Assembly: GCA_937997485.1 (NCBI GenBank)
Contig: CALKTH010000033.1
Coordinates: forward strand, 32,438-96,437
Length of the DNA stretch: 64,000 nucleotides
Direction of reading: 5' to 3'
Source: an uncultured Acidimicrobiales bacterium
GTDB lineage: Bacteria; Actinomycetota; Acidimicrobiia; Acidimicrobiales; SZUA-35
Made by a program: the position numbers and the translations under genes. Each line of letters starts with the position of its first letter. Position 1 is the stretch's first letter. The notes under the pieces are model-generated. The model did not search any database. It was given only the letters and a program-made list of their open reading frames with translations, and was not told the DNA's origin. Of this stretch, positions 10,636-23,186 are shown piece after piece.

Positions 10636-12253
10636 TCGCATCCTCGTTCGGCGACATCGTCGCCTCGTGACGAGGAAGACGGAAGGCCATCAGGGCGCCG
10701 GCTACCGCGAGCACCGCACCAACGGCAAAAGCTGATTGGAAGCTGGCAACCGTGTCGGCCACCGGTGGTTCACCATCCAAGGGCGCGTCTTCCACCGCGG
10801 TCTGCACCGCTTGAAGAACCTGGATGCCCACCACCAGACCCACCTGCTGGAGCATCTGCTGCGCTGCGCCGGCAACGCCCAGATCTTCGTCAGCCACCGC
10901 ATTGGCGACCGCGGCCGTCATCACCGGCGCGGCGGCGCCCATCCCAACACCGGCCAAGCCCAGAGCGCCGGCCACAACGAGGAGCGACCATTCGGGTCGA
11001 TGCTGACTGAGGATCACCATCGAAACGGCAATCGACGTGCCGCCGAACACTCCGAATGATCGACTGCCGAATCGTTCCGACAACGAACCACTCACCGGAC
11101 CGGTGAGTGAGAAGCACAGCGGGCGGGCGATGATCACCCAGCTCGTGGCCGCGGCCGTGGCTCCGTAGGCCGCCCGCTGCAGCATCAGCGGAGTGAGAAC
11201 GAAGCTCCCCATATAGGCGGCGAACATCAGGGTCAACGTCATCGTCGGCACGATGAACCCGGGCATCGTCCAGTAGTGCGGTGGGAGAAGCGGGTGCGGA
11301 GACGACCGCTCAACCCGAACGAAAGCGGCAAGCGACAGCCCGGCAACAGCGAACGCAATCCACACTCGTGGAGCAGTCAGATTCTCGGCCGCAAACGTCA
11401 CTCCGAGCAGGAGGCCGCCAACACCGAGTCCGAGTGTCGTCGCTCCGGGGAGATCGAACCCCGTCACTTCTTGCTTCGTCGTTTCTGGCAGAACGAAGGC
11501 AGCGAGCAAACCGGCGGCCAGCACCAGCGGTGCTTGGCCGACAAAGATCCAGCGCCAGCTGAAGGCTTCGATGATCTGGGCACCGACAAGCACACCGATC
11601 ACCGGCGAGCCGGCACCAACGAAGCTCCACCAGCCGAGGGCGCTGGCCCGGTCGCGTGGGCCGAAGAGACGATTGATGAAGGCGAGAGCTGCGGGTCCGA
11701 TCGCTGCCCCGCCAACCGCGGCCAGAAGTCGGAATACGACAAACGAGCCGGCGCCCCACGAAGCAGCGATCAGCACCGTGAACACCGCATTCACGAGGAG
11801 ACCGCCAAGGAACATCGTGCGGTGGCCTCGTTGATCGCCGAGCTTGCCAAAGGTTGGGCCGAAGACGGCAGACACAAGAATCGGCCCCGTCACCGCCCAC
11901 ACCACAGCCGATTCGGACGATTCGAACTCCCTGGCGATCTCGGTGACGGCAACCGTCACGGCGGTGACGCTGAGGTTCACCATGAACATGGCGGTCAGAA
12001 CGATGGCCAGCGCCCAGTTGGCAAAGCGTTCCTGCGCTTGCGCCCGCTCAGCCACACGCCGGCGAGCCAGGACCAGCGACCACGGGATGAGCGCAACAGG
12101 GAGCGCACCACTGTTGCCCTTGGAGAAGTTGGAGAGCGTGATCCGCTCGCTGCCTTCCGGACGAGGCATCCCCGGCTCGTTGCCGCCATCGCCGTTGTTC
12201 GGCTCCTCACCGTCTCCGTCCTCGCGCGGCGGGAGCGGTGTTCGACGGGTCAC
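10625..12253 (-). CDS. MFS transporter (DHA2-like, ~14 TM)
   Basis: 542 aa of highly hydrophobic multi-pass protein with MFS loop motifs (GKLGDQRGHR). It has a Gly/Asp/Pro-rich cytoplasmic N-tail. Confidence 0.85.
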   Translation of the reverse strand: MTRRTPLPPREDGDGEEPNNGDGGNEPGMPRPEGSERITLSNFSKGNSGALPVALIPWSLVLARRRVAERAQAQERFANWALAIVLTAMFMVNLSVTAVTVAVTEIAREFESSESAVVWAVTGPILVSAVFGPTFGKLGDQRGHRTMFLGGLLVNAVFTVLIAASWGAGSFVVFRLLAAVGGAAIGPAALAFINRLFGPRDRASALGWWSFVGAGSPVIGVLVGAQIIEAFSWRWIFVGQAPLVLAAGLLAAFVLPETTKQEVTGFDLPGATTLGLGVGGLLLGVTFAAENLTAPRVWIAFAVAGLSLAAFVRVERSSPHPLLPPHYWTMPGFIVPTMTLTLMFAAYMGSFVLTPLMLQRAAYGATAAATSWVIIARPLCFSLTGPVSGSLSERFGSRSFGVFGGTSIAVSMVILSQHRPEWSLLVVAGALGLAGVGMGAAAPVMTAAVANAVADEDLGVAGAAQQMLQQVGLVVGIQVLQAVQTAVEDAPLDGEPPVADTVASFQSAFAVGAVLAVAGALMAFRLPRHEATMSPNEDAISP

Positions 12254-12297
12254 CGAACGAACTTATTGAGTCGAGGCCCGAGGGACCAATGCGCAGC

Positions 12298-14451
12298 TCA
12301 ACGCCGAGTGAAGATGATCACCTGCGTGCCTTGACGGCGGCTCTCGCCTGCGGGTGGATCTGTGGCCAGAACCTCCCGGTTCGGCGGGCCCTCCGTGTCG
12401 GCGACGACCAGGCCAGCTGCGGTGAGCACGTCTGCAGCTTCAGCTGCCGCCATGCCTCGAACGTCGGGCACAGTGACGAACGGCAGGCCCTTCGACACAA
12501 CAATGGTGACGGTCGCACCTCGCTCCACGAGCGCTTCCGCCGTCGGCGTCGAGGCGATGACGATTCCTTCTGGCACGTCCTGTGAAAACTCTTCGACGAT
12601 CTCGGTGACCAGGCCCAGCACGGTCAGCGCCGCCTCCGCCTCGACCGGGGTACGCCCCGCAAGCACCGGGAGAATGCGAGGTTCGGGTCCGGCCGAGATC
12701 ACGAGGTCGATTCCATCGCCGGTTTCCAGGTCGACACCGACGTCCACGGATTGTTCCAGCACGACACCGTCAACGGCTTCTTCGTCGAAACGCCGCTCGA
12801 TCTCGCCAACGACCAAACCGTTGGCCTCCATGGCCGCCTCCGCCTCGTCGAACGAGAGCCCGATGAGTTCGGGCGTAGCATGCAGCCGCGGACCCTCGGA
12901 GATGACCAGCAGGATGACGCCTCCATCGGTGAGTTGGAACCCGGGCGGAGGCGACTGGGTCAGGATCTGTCCAGCCACGGTGCCGTCCTCTCGCACCATG
13001 GTCGGGCGGAGCGACCAGCCGCTGACTTCGATGTCGCGCCGGACATCGTCGACGAACTTCCCCTCGTAGGTTCCCACCGGAAGGGTCGGCAGTGACACCG
13101 TCGTGGCGACCTCAGCGGCGTCGTCGTCTGGGCTCAGGAACCAGAATCCGGCGAGGAGACCGCCGGCAGCGAGGCAGAGCAGCCCCAGCATGACGAGCAG
13201 CGGGCCGCGAGCTCGGGACGATTGTTCGGCTTCCTGCGCTGCGATCGCCGGAGTCACGTTGGGTTCCGACCCCACATCTGCGGCATGTCCTGGCGCGACA
13301 TCAGTGCTCTTCGTCGGGTCGGGAGACGTGACCTCAGAGGCGTCGACTCCGTCCGGCGCTGAGACTTCGGAGGGCAGCAAAGGCGAAGGCATCGGCGTGG
13401 TGGCGTCACGACCCGAGACGATCGGCCGGGTGACATCGGCTTCGGCTTGGGCGTCGCTCTCGCCCGACCCGCTTGCCGGCCTTCGAACGGCCTGGTCCTC
13501 CGCAGGAGCGGGCGCTTGGCCGGAGACAGCGGACACGGTCACCCCCTCGTTGGACGCCGAGATCCCGGCCAGGGAAATCGGGTCTGGACGGGGCAGCAAG
13601 CGGGCGGTCTGTTGCAGCGAAGTGGCCAACTCCGCGGCTGAGGGCCGGGCGTTGGGCTCTGCTTTGGCGGCCGGAACGAGCGCTTGCGCCAGTGGGCCCA
13701 GAGCGGCGGCTGCTGCGCTCTCAGGCTCGATACTCACGTCGGCGTCCTGCCGAAGCAACATCGTGGCCAATGCGTTGTCGGCAAGGAGAGGAACGTCTCA
13801 GGTGACCGCTTCGATGAGAGTCAACGCGAGCGAGTAGACATCGGCTTTGCTGTCCACTCCCGACGCCACACCCTGTTCGGGAGCGGCGTAGCGAGCGGTA
13901 CCGATGAGCGCCCCTTCCGGCTCGGTCCACGCCGCCTCGGCCACCGCACGAGCGATGCCGAAGTCAGCAACGGCCAGACGGCCGTCACGGCGGAACATGA
14001 GGTTGGCTGGCTTGATGTCTCGATGGACAAACCCTGCGGCGTGCGCGTGCGCTAATCCGTTGGCGGCATCAAGCCCGATGAGAAGCGCCTGCGACGGGCT
14101 CAACGATCCGGCGTCCAGAATTTGGCGCAACGATCCGCCCGCGAGGAGCTCGGTCACGAGCATGACCTCGGACTCGTCGCTCCAGTCGTAGACCGCCAAC
14201 ACGTTCGGGTGATTGAGCGATGCCGCAGCACGAGCCTCCGCCTGGAACCGGCGGCGGAAGGAGTCAGTGGTCGAAAGCGCTGGGTGCAGGATCTTGACCG
14301 CGACCTGGCGACCCAGCAGCAGGTCATCCGCCAAGAAAACCTCAGCCGAAGCGCCGATGCCGATCGAGCCCAGCAGCCGGTATCGCTCGTTCAGCACCCG
14401 GCCCACATGGGGGCGCGTCCGCGAGGGACGGTCAGGGTGCTCGGCAATCAC
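12298..14451 (-). pseudogene. PASTA-domain Ser/Thr protein kinase (PknB-like) interrupted by one in-frame TGA
   Basis: The two track ORFs (13798..14601 and 12298..13770) are in the same frame. The upstream part has VAVK, HRDIKPANL, DFGIA, GTARYAAPE and DVYSLA, then ends ...LIEAVT-TGA (13798-13800). The frame continues with DVPLLADN..., a TM helix and 4 PASTA repeats. The start is uncertain (GTG 14451 or 14406). Confidence 0.8.
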
Positions 14452-14464
14452 GCCGAAATGGTAC

Positions 14465-15109
14465 CTACTGCGGTGGGGCGACGGAGACCAGGCCTCGTTG
14501 GATGCCGAACACCAGGGCTTCGAGCTGCGAACGAGCACCCAGCTTGGTGAGCACCGCACGAATGTGGTTCCGAACCGTGTGAACGGACAGGAACAGCTCA
14601 TTCGAGATTTCGTCGGCGTTCTTTGCCGCCCCGAGAAGCCTCAAAATCTCCAATTCTCGCTTCGTGAGGCCCGAAGAACCGCCTTCAACGGCGGCGGCGG
14701 TCACCGCCGCGAGGAGCCCAGCGGGGAAAACGGCGGCACCGTTGGCGACCGAACTGATGGCGGTGATGAGTTCGTCCACGCCTCGGCCCTTGCTCAAGAA
14801 GCCAGAACAGCCGGAACTGACGGCCGCTTCGACGGCGCGCCGATCGTCGGCGCCGGTGATCATCAGCACCTTTGGCGCCGGTGAAAGCCGGTTTGCGGCC
14901 TCGGCCACATCCGCTCCGGACCCGTCAGGAAGCAGAAAGTCAGTGATCACGACATCGGGCCGGACGTCGGCGATCAGTTGCGCTGCGTCGCTGACGTTCG
15001 CAGCGGTGCCCGCAATCTGCAGGTGGTCAGCAGCGTCAATGACCGCCACGAAACCATCCAAGACCATCTCATGGTCCTCCACGATGAGTACCCGAATCGC
15101 GTCCGTCAT
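14465..15109 (-). CDS. NarL/LuxR-family response regulator
   Basis: 214 aa starting MTDAIRVLIVEDHEMV. It has a receiver domain (DVVITDFLLPDGSG) and a LuxR HTH (LTKRELEILRLLGAAKNADEISNELFLSVHTVRNHI). The longer track ORF (to 16078) is antisense to the kinase gene and is rejected. Confidence 0.9.
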   Translation of the reverse strand: MTDAIRVLIVEDHEMVLDGFVAVIDAADHLQIAGTAANVSDAAQLIADVRPDVVITDFLLPDGSGADVAEAANRLSPAPKVLMITGADDRRAVEAAVSSGCSGFLSKGRGVDELITAISSVANGAAVFPAGLLAAVTAAAVEGGSSGLTKRELEILRLLGAAKNADEISNELFLSVHTVRNHIRAVLTKLGARSQLEALVFGIQRGLVSVAPPQ

Positions 15110-15122
15110 TTCGGTTAACTTA
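15110..15122. promoter_or_regulatory. 13-bp AT-rich divergent spacer between response regulator and histidine kinase starts
   Basis: The spacer TCGGTTAACTTA (with flanks ...CATTTCGGTTAACTTAATGCAAATC...) contains overlapping TANNNT boxes: TAACTT on + and TAAGTT on -. The TAAGTT box ends 7 nt before the regulator ATG, which fits a leaderless mRNA. Confidence 0.3.
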
Positions 15123-17321
15123 ATGCAAATCAACCAGTCAATGCCCATACAAACCCTCGGATCTTTCGAGCGTTGGTCTCGGGCCGCCGCCGCATCAGCC
15201 ATGATGGTCATCACCGTTGCCGGAATTGCTTGGGCAACGGTCGATCTCGTGACGGTTCCTGGCGGTATCGCTCCGATCTGGCCCGCCATCGGTGTGGCCG
15301 TCGCCGGTGTGCTTCTCGCCCCTCGATCAATGCGCGTTCCACTAGCGATCGCGGCGCTTGTTGGAGAGGTTTCCGGGGGCGTCTTGAGTGGCCTGATCGA
15401 GCTCTCCACCGAGGTCGTGACGTCGTCAGCCTTCATCGCCGGCGTGCTCGCTGACCTGCTGATGGTCACCGTTCTTCCGCCTCTGATCCGCCGCTCGCTC
15501 GGCACTGGCCTGCGCTTTGATCGAACCCACCGGTCGCTTCTTGCCCTCGGATCGATCACCGGGGTCAGCGTTCTGGCCGCAGTGATCGCGGTGCTGGGGA
15601 TCACCGGCATCGACGGACGATTCCGTCTCATCTCGGTGTTCGCCGTCGGCAACATCCTCGGCGTGATGATGATCGTGTCGCTCGTGGTGCTGACCAACAG
15701 CACGTGGACCGTCGACGTTCCGACGTCGATCCGGCGATTCGAACTGCTGGCCAACGTCGTCGTGATCACCGCGCTGACCGTGCTCTCCTTCGCCACTGAT
15801 GAGCCGGTGGCTTTCGTGCTCTTCCCAGCAGTCATTTGGATGTCGATCCGCTTCGGCCCGAGAGCAGGACTGCCCGCAGCCTCCTTCGTCGTGGCGTACG
15901 CCACCGCATCCGCCGTCGTGCAACCAGATCGACTCGACTCGCTGGAGTCCTTGCAATACTTCTCGCTGGCTCTTCTGGCTGGCGCCTGGGTCACTTCGGG
16001 CCACGCGTTGCGCGCCGACGACGAGCGTCGACAACTTCGCAGCACGCTCGAAGCCGTTCCGGATCTCGTGTTGGTCACAAGCGAGGACCACCACCTTCTC
16101 GAGGCGTGGCCGCCTCCGGGCGGGGCGTCGATTTCATCCCGCCAGATGCTCCGTCTGCTCGACCCCGAACAGGACGATCAACTGGTTCGTGTTTCCTCAA
16201 CTGCGTCGCAACGTCGTGACCAGTTCTTCGAGGTCCGCTCGGTCGAGATGGACGAGAAGCGTGAGGTCCATGTCGTTCGCGACGTCACCCGACGCCAGCA
16301 CTCCATGGAAGACCTCGTGATCTCGGAGACGAAGTGGCGCACGATGGCGCTGACGGCGTTCGAGGGGATGATCGAGGTCGACGCCGACGGTGTCATCCAG
16401 TTCGTCAGCGAACGTTTCGTCGAGTTGCTTGATGGACAGGGCGGCGACCTCGTTGGCAAGCCATATCCCGCGCTGCTTGACCTCGGCGACTGGGACGATC
16501 GCTGGAAGCCCTATCTCCCTCGTTTCCTTCGCGGCGAGTCGTACTCGCACGAGATAACTCGTCGCTTCAACGACGTCATGCAGTGGCTGCTCGTTTCCAG
16601 TCGCCCGCTGCTCGACACCAACGGCATCCGCACTGGCGCGGTCCTGTTCTTCGCCGATATCACCGATGTCCGAGAAAAGGAGCAGGCCCGCCGTTCCCTC
16701 GAAGCACAGCTGGCCATCACTGAGGAGGAGGAGCGTCGAGCGATCGCCCGCCGCCTTCACGACGGGCCGATTCAGCAACTCGTCGCCGTCGATCTTCAGC
16801 TGGGACTTGCGGCACGAGCGTTCGATGAGCCGAACAAGGCGCTCACCACATCACAGTCCACGGTGCAGAGCACGATCGATCAGCTGCGGCAGACGCTCTC
16901 GGACCTCGTCCCGCCCGACGTCACCGATGGCCACCTGCTGGCGGAGCTCGAGAAGCTCGCTCGGCGCGTGCTCTCCGAGACCGGGGGCGAGGTGGCGGTG
17001 TCCGCCTCCATCGCCTCACATCCCACCGGCAATGTGGCGTTGACACTGTTCACGATTGGCCGCGAAGCCATCATCAACTCGGCGACCCATGGCAACGCTG
17101 ATGCCATCCACATTGATCTCAGCGAAGACAGCGCCGGGCACACCCTGAGGGTCACCGATGACGGCATCGGTATCTCCGAAGAACACCGCGGCGGTCGGGT
17201 AGGACACCTCGGCTTGCGGACGATGCTGGAGCGAGCCCACTCCATGGGTGGGCGCTGCCTCGTGGAACGCGGTGAGGAGCAGGGGACCATTGTCACCGCG
17301 ACGATTCCGCATCAGCGCTGA
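15123..17321 (+). CDS. sensor histidine kinase (MASE1-like membrane domain, PAS, HisKA_3, HATPase_c)
   Basis: The N-terminal multi-TM region resembles MASE1 (GGIAPIWPAIGVAVAGVLL). PAS-like segments follow, then HisKA_3 (ERRAIARRLHDGPIQQLV) and an ATPase domain (DDGIGI...GHLGLRTM). The start could be ATG 15123, 15141 or 15201. The track N-extension from 14664 is rejected. Confidence 0.85.
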   Translation: MQINQSMPIQTLGSFERWSRAAAASAMMVITVAGIAWATVDLVTVPGGIAPIWPAIGVAVAGVLLAPRSMRVPLAIAALVGEVSGGVLSGLIELSTEVVTSSAFIAGVLADLLMVTVLPPLIRRSLGTGLRFDRTHRSLLALGSITGVSVLAAVIAVLGITGIDGRFRLISVFAVGNILGVMMIVSLVVLTNSTWTVDVPTSIRRFELLANVVVITALTVLSFATDEPVAFVLFPAVIWMSIRFGPRAGLPAASFVVAYATASAVVQPDRLDSLESLQYFSLALLAGAWVTSGHALRADDERRQLRSTLEAVPDLVLVTSEDHHLLEAWPPPGGASISSRQMLRLLDPEQDDQLVRVSSTASQRRDQFFEVRSVEMDEKREVHVVRDVTRRQHSMEDLVISETKWRTMALTAFEGMIEVDADGVIQFVSERFVELLDGQGGDLVGKPYPALLDLGDWDDRWKPYLPRFLRGESYSHEITRRFNDVMQWLLVSSRPLLDTNGIRTGAVLFFADITDVREKEQARRSLEAQLAITEEEERRAIARRLHDGPIQQLVAVDLQLGLAARAFDEPNKALTTSQSTVQSTIDQLRQTLSDLVPPDVTDGHLLAELEKLARRVLSETGGEVAVSASIASHPTGNVALTLFTIGREAIINSATHGNADAIHIDLSEDSAGHTLRVTDDGIGISEEHRGGRVGHLGLRTMLERAHSMGGRCLVERGEEQGTIVTATIPHQR

Positions 17322-17342
17322 GATCCCGGGCACAATCATGGA

Positions 17343-17864
17343 GTGGCATTGACCCTCCGACAGCAAATCACCATCGGTCTCCTCGTTCTCGTTGCATTCC
17401 TTTGTCTCGGCGTGGCCATCGCGTTTTCGGGCGACACCTCTCCGTCAACGCCGGTGTTTAGTGGCAGCGCAGCTGACGGCGGTGGCGATCGATCAGCTGA
17501 TCCGGACGCTCCCCCGGTCACGCTCGACGTCGATCCAGTTCTTGGCTGGTTCCCAGCCGCAGGTGAAGGTTCGGGCTGCAGCGAGGTGGTCGGCGTCCGG
17601 CTCCTGCCCGGCTACACAGCCATCTTGACCATCAACGGCACCGTGATTCCTGAAGAGGAGACGAACGTCTACACCGACTTCGAGAACCGGGTCCTATCGG
17701 CCGGCGGTTCTCAAGGTCAGGTCACCTGGGGGCCAGAAGAGGGTTGTCCGTTCGGCACGATCCTTCGACCCACCTCGAACCAAGTCGTCGCCTGCATCTA
17801 TCGGGTCGAGGATGGCCCGACCAACTGCACCACACGAGCCAACCCCAGCACGTTCGACTTCTAG
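17343..17864 (+). CDS. hypothetical membrane-anchored/secreted protein (4 Cys)
   Basis: 173-aa ORF 21 bp after the kinase stop. It has an N-terminal TM/signal anchor (ITIGLLVLVAFLCLGVAIAF) and a Gly/Asp/Pro linker. No known domain. TTG 17349 has better SD spacing (GGAG-5 nt) than GTG 17343. Confidence 0.5.
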   Translation: MALTLRQQITIGLLVLVAFLCLGVAIAFSGDTSPSTPVFSGSAADGGGDRSADPDAPPVTLDVDPVLGWFPAAGEGSGCSEVVGVRLLPGYTAILTINGTVIPEEETNVYTDFENRVLSAGGSQGQVTWGPEEGCPFGTILRPTSNQVVACIYRVEDGPTNCTTRANPSTFDF

Positions 17865-17883
17865 GAAACTACGTTCGTTGTTC

Positions 17884-20835
<2,952 letters not shown>

Positions 20836-20883
20836 TCATCGCGAGTCGCCGGGCCTGCCAACAGCCCGGCAGACTGTCCGACA

Positions 20884-21771
20884 ATGTCCGGCCCCTCCAC
20901 TTCCGCCGTCGGCCTCTGGCCTCTTCGCATCCTCTGGCTGACTGCGCTGCCCGTGCTGGTCGGCTTCGGCATGAGCGACGCTCTGGCCGACCGGAGCAAC
21001 CCCGTCGCCCTCGTGAGCGAGGTGGGTCTGTGGGCTGGCTGGTTCGCAGGGCTCGTCACGCTCCTCGCCCCGTCGACCGCCAGTTTGACGGCGCTTCGGC
21101 TTCTGGCCCCCTCCGCGCTCGCCTCCACGCTTCTCGCCGCCGTCAGCTCCGGCATCTGGAATGCAGCCACCGTTGGAGCGATCAGCATCACAGCGGTAGT
21201 GCTCGGCCTCGTGTTGCTGCCACAGACCGGTGACGTGATGGTCAACGGCTCTTCCTACGGACCCGAACGCCGCATGGCGCTCAGGCCACCGGCCGCTCTA
21301 CTGCTCGGGCCCGTGCAGCTCGCCTGGCTCGTTGTCTACGGAGGCTTGGTCGGTGGATCACTTCTGCTGGCGGCGAAGAACTACCTGCTCGGCGTCCCCG
21401 TTCTGGCCTTCGGTATCGCTGGAACCTTCTTCGCGGTTCGTTCGCTTCACCAGCTTTCCCGTCGCTGGATCGTGTTCGTACCGGCCGGCTTCGTGATCCA
21501 CGACTACTTCGCCTTGGCCGAGTCGCTCCTCATCCGCCGACCCGACATTGCCTCGCTCGGTCCCGTCCCGCTCGATCAGGGTGAGCTGCTCGACCTCAGC
21601 GGTGGAGCTCAGGGGCTGGCCCTGCTCGTCGAGTTTCGAGAGAAGACACCGATGGCGCTGCGGGCCAAGAAGGAGATCCAAACCTTCCCCGCTCAGAGAG
21701 TCGTTTTCACCCCAACCCTTCCGGGTCAGCTTCTCCACGAGGCGCGAGTCCGCGGCATCACGATCGCCTGA
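20884..21771 (+). CDS. hypothetical polytopic membrane protein with soluble C-terminal domain
   Basis: 295 aa with ~6 hydrophobic helices followed by a ~110-aa soluble tail. No recognised family. Confidence 0.5.
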   Translation: MSGPSTSAVGLWPLRILWLTALPVLVGFGMSDALADRSNPVALVSEVGLWAGWFAGLVTLLAPSTASLTALRLLAPSALASTLLAAVSSGIWNAATVGAISITAVVLGLVLLPQTGDVMVNGSSYGPERRMALRPPAALLLGPVQLAWLVVYGGLVGGSLLLAAKNYLLGVPVLAFGIAGTFFAVRSLHQLSRRWIVFVPAGFVIHDYFALAESLLIRRPDIASLGPVPLDQGELLDLSGGAQGLALLVEFREKTPMALRAKKEIQTFPAQRVVFTPTLPGQLLHEARVRGITIA

Positions 21772-21811
21772 CCGGCTCTGCCAACAGGCGGAGTCAAGCC
21801 AGCGGCGCTGC

Positions 21812-22591
21812 TCAGCCCAGCACGATGTCGGGATCCGGCACCACGTCTCGAATCAACCACTGGAACGAACGCCACCCCACGTCGGGAGTTGCCAGCGTTG
21901 AAGCCGCAATCTTCGCCGCCTCATCACTGATGGCCTTGCCGTCTGGCGCCTTCACGTGGACCTCAGCCACCCGCTCAGCGAGGACAAACCAGCCGACCGC
22001 TTCCTCCACCGTGCCGCCCACGGTCAGCAGACCGTGGTTGCGGAGAATACAGAGCTTGTGCTGGCCCATCGCTGCCGCGATGCGATGACCGCCCTCCACC
22101 GTGAGAACCTCGACTTCTTCATCGTCGAACATGGCCTGATCGAACACGAAGCAGTTCGACTCCTGGCTCAACGCCCGGAATGGCTCCACGTTGGCTGCCC
22201 ACGGCGTGCCGTAGCCCGTGTGCGTGTGGGCGGCGCTCACCACGTCGGGACGAGCGGCCAGCAATGGGTGGTGGATGTTGTAGCCGGCAGTGTTGGCGCC
22301 GCCACCGGGCGAGCCGGCAACGCCCTCGGCGATCGTTCCGTCCGGTGCCACCAACACGAGGTCGTGCACGGTGGCAAAGCGGAACGACACGCCGTAGTCC
22401 AACACCCAGAAGTGGTCGAGAAACTCCGGATCACGGGCCGTGATGTGGCCATCGCCCAACTGTCCCCAGCGCATCGCGCCGAACACGCGATAGCCCAGCG
22501 CCACCATCTTCTTTCGATGGGCTCGCTCCTCTTCGACAGAGCGAGTGGTGTCCATGGGCTCGGCGCCGAGCGAGGGATAGTGGCTGTCCAT
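21812..22591 (-). CDS. class II aldolase/adducin family protein
   Basis: 259 aa with GDGHITARDP, SAAHTHTGYG (metal-binding His cluster) and the ILRNHGLLTVG motif of the class II aldolase/adducin N-terminal domain. Confidence 0.85.
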   Translation of the reverse strand: MDSHYPSLGAEPMDTTRSVEEERAHRKKMVALGYRVFGAMRWGQLGDGHITARDPEFLDHFWVLDYGVSFRFATVHDLVLVAPDGTIAEGVAGSPGGGANTAGYNIHHPLLAARPDVVSAAHTHTGYGTPWAANVEPFRALSQESNCFVFDQAMFDDEEVEVLTVEGGHRIAAAMGQHKLCILRNHGLLTVGGTVEEAVGWFVLAERVAEVHVKAPDGKAISDEAAKIAASTLATPDVGWRSFQWLIRDVVPDPDIVLG

Positions 22592-22652
22592 GGCGAGAGC
22601 GTAGAACTCCGATGGTGCCCGTACGACTCCATGTGCGGCCTACCGTCTCGAC

Positions 22653-23180
22653 ATGGACACACCTGCGCCTCCACTTCCCGACATGGACTTCGCTCCGGAC
22701 GAGCGAACCGGCTTGAGAGAAATGCTCGACTACTACCGCGCCGTGTTCGCCCGCAAGATGCACGGCTTGGACGGTGCGCAGCTGGCGCAGACCCTTGGCC
22801 CGAGCTCGCTGACGCTCGGCGGGTTGTTTCTGCACATGGCCGGCGTTGAAGACGGCTGGTTCGACGACAAGTTTGCCGGCAACGACCCGCCCTCGATCTG
22901 GGCCGACGTTGATTGGGAAGAGAACCCGGACTGGGAGCTCGACAACGCTCACACGTTCACGCCCGAGCAACTGTTGGCGCAGTTCAACGAGTCGGTCGAG
23001 CGGAGCAGGACCATCGAAGCGGCCGCGACGTCGTTGGATCAGCTCACCGAGCGCTCGGGTCGCAAGGGCGACCGACGCAACCTGCGCTGGATCATGATCC
23101 ATATGATCGAGGAGTACGCCCGTCACTGCGGCCACGCCGATTTCTTGCGTGAGGCCGTTGACGGCGTCACGGGTGATTGA
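22653..23180 (+). CDS. DinB-family (DUF664/mycothiol-transferase-like) protein
   Basis: 175 aa of four-helix DinB pattern with LFLHMAGVEDGWF and IHMIEEYARHCGHADFLRE. Confidence 0.8.
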   Translation: MDTPAPPLPDMDFAPDERTGLREMLDYYRAVFARKMHGLDGAQLAQTLGPSSLTLGGLFLHMAGVEDGWFDDKFAGNDPPSIWADVDWEENPDWELDNAHTFTPEQLLAQFNESVERSRTIEAAATSLDQLTERSGRKGDRRNLRWIMIHMIEEYARHCGHADFLREAVDGVTGD

Positions 23181-23186
23181 AGCCGC

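Noticed and set aside
13798-13800. The in-frame TGA in the PASTA kinase as selenocysteine or as a reassigned (Gly/Trp) codon
   Set aside because: TGA clearly functions as a stop elsewhere in the window (ATGA/GTGA junctions of sigma/anti-sigma, gatA/gatB, mnmA/sua5, racemase-like/rhomboid). I see no convincing SECIS-like hairpin right after it. The position is a structural Gly, not a redox site.
14664-16078. N-terminal extensions of the kinase ORF (from 14664) and of the regulator ORF (to 16078), each overlapping the other gene
   Set aside because: Each extension is the antisense of a recognisable domain on the other strand. Clean starts (ATG 15109 on - and ATG 15123 on +) give proteins of normal architecture.
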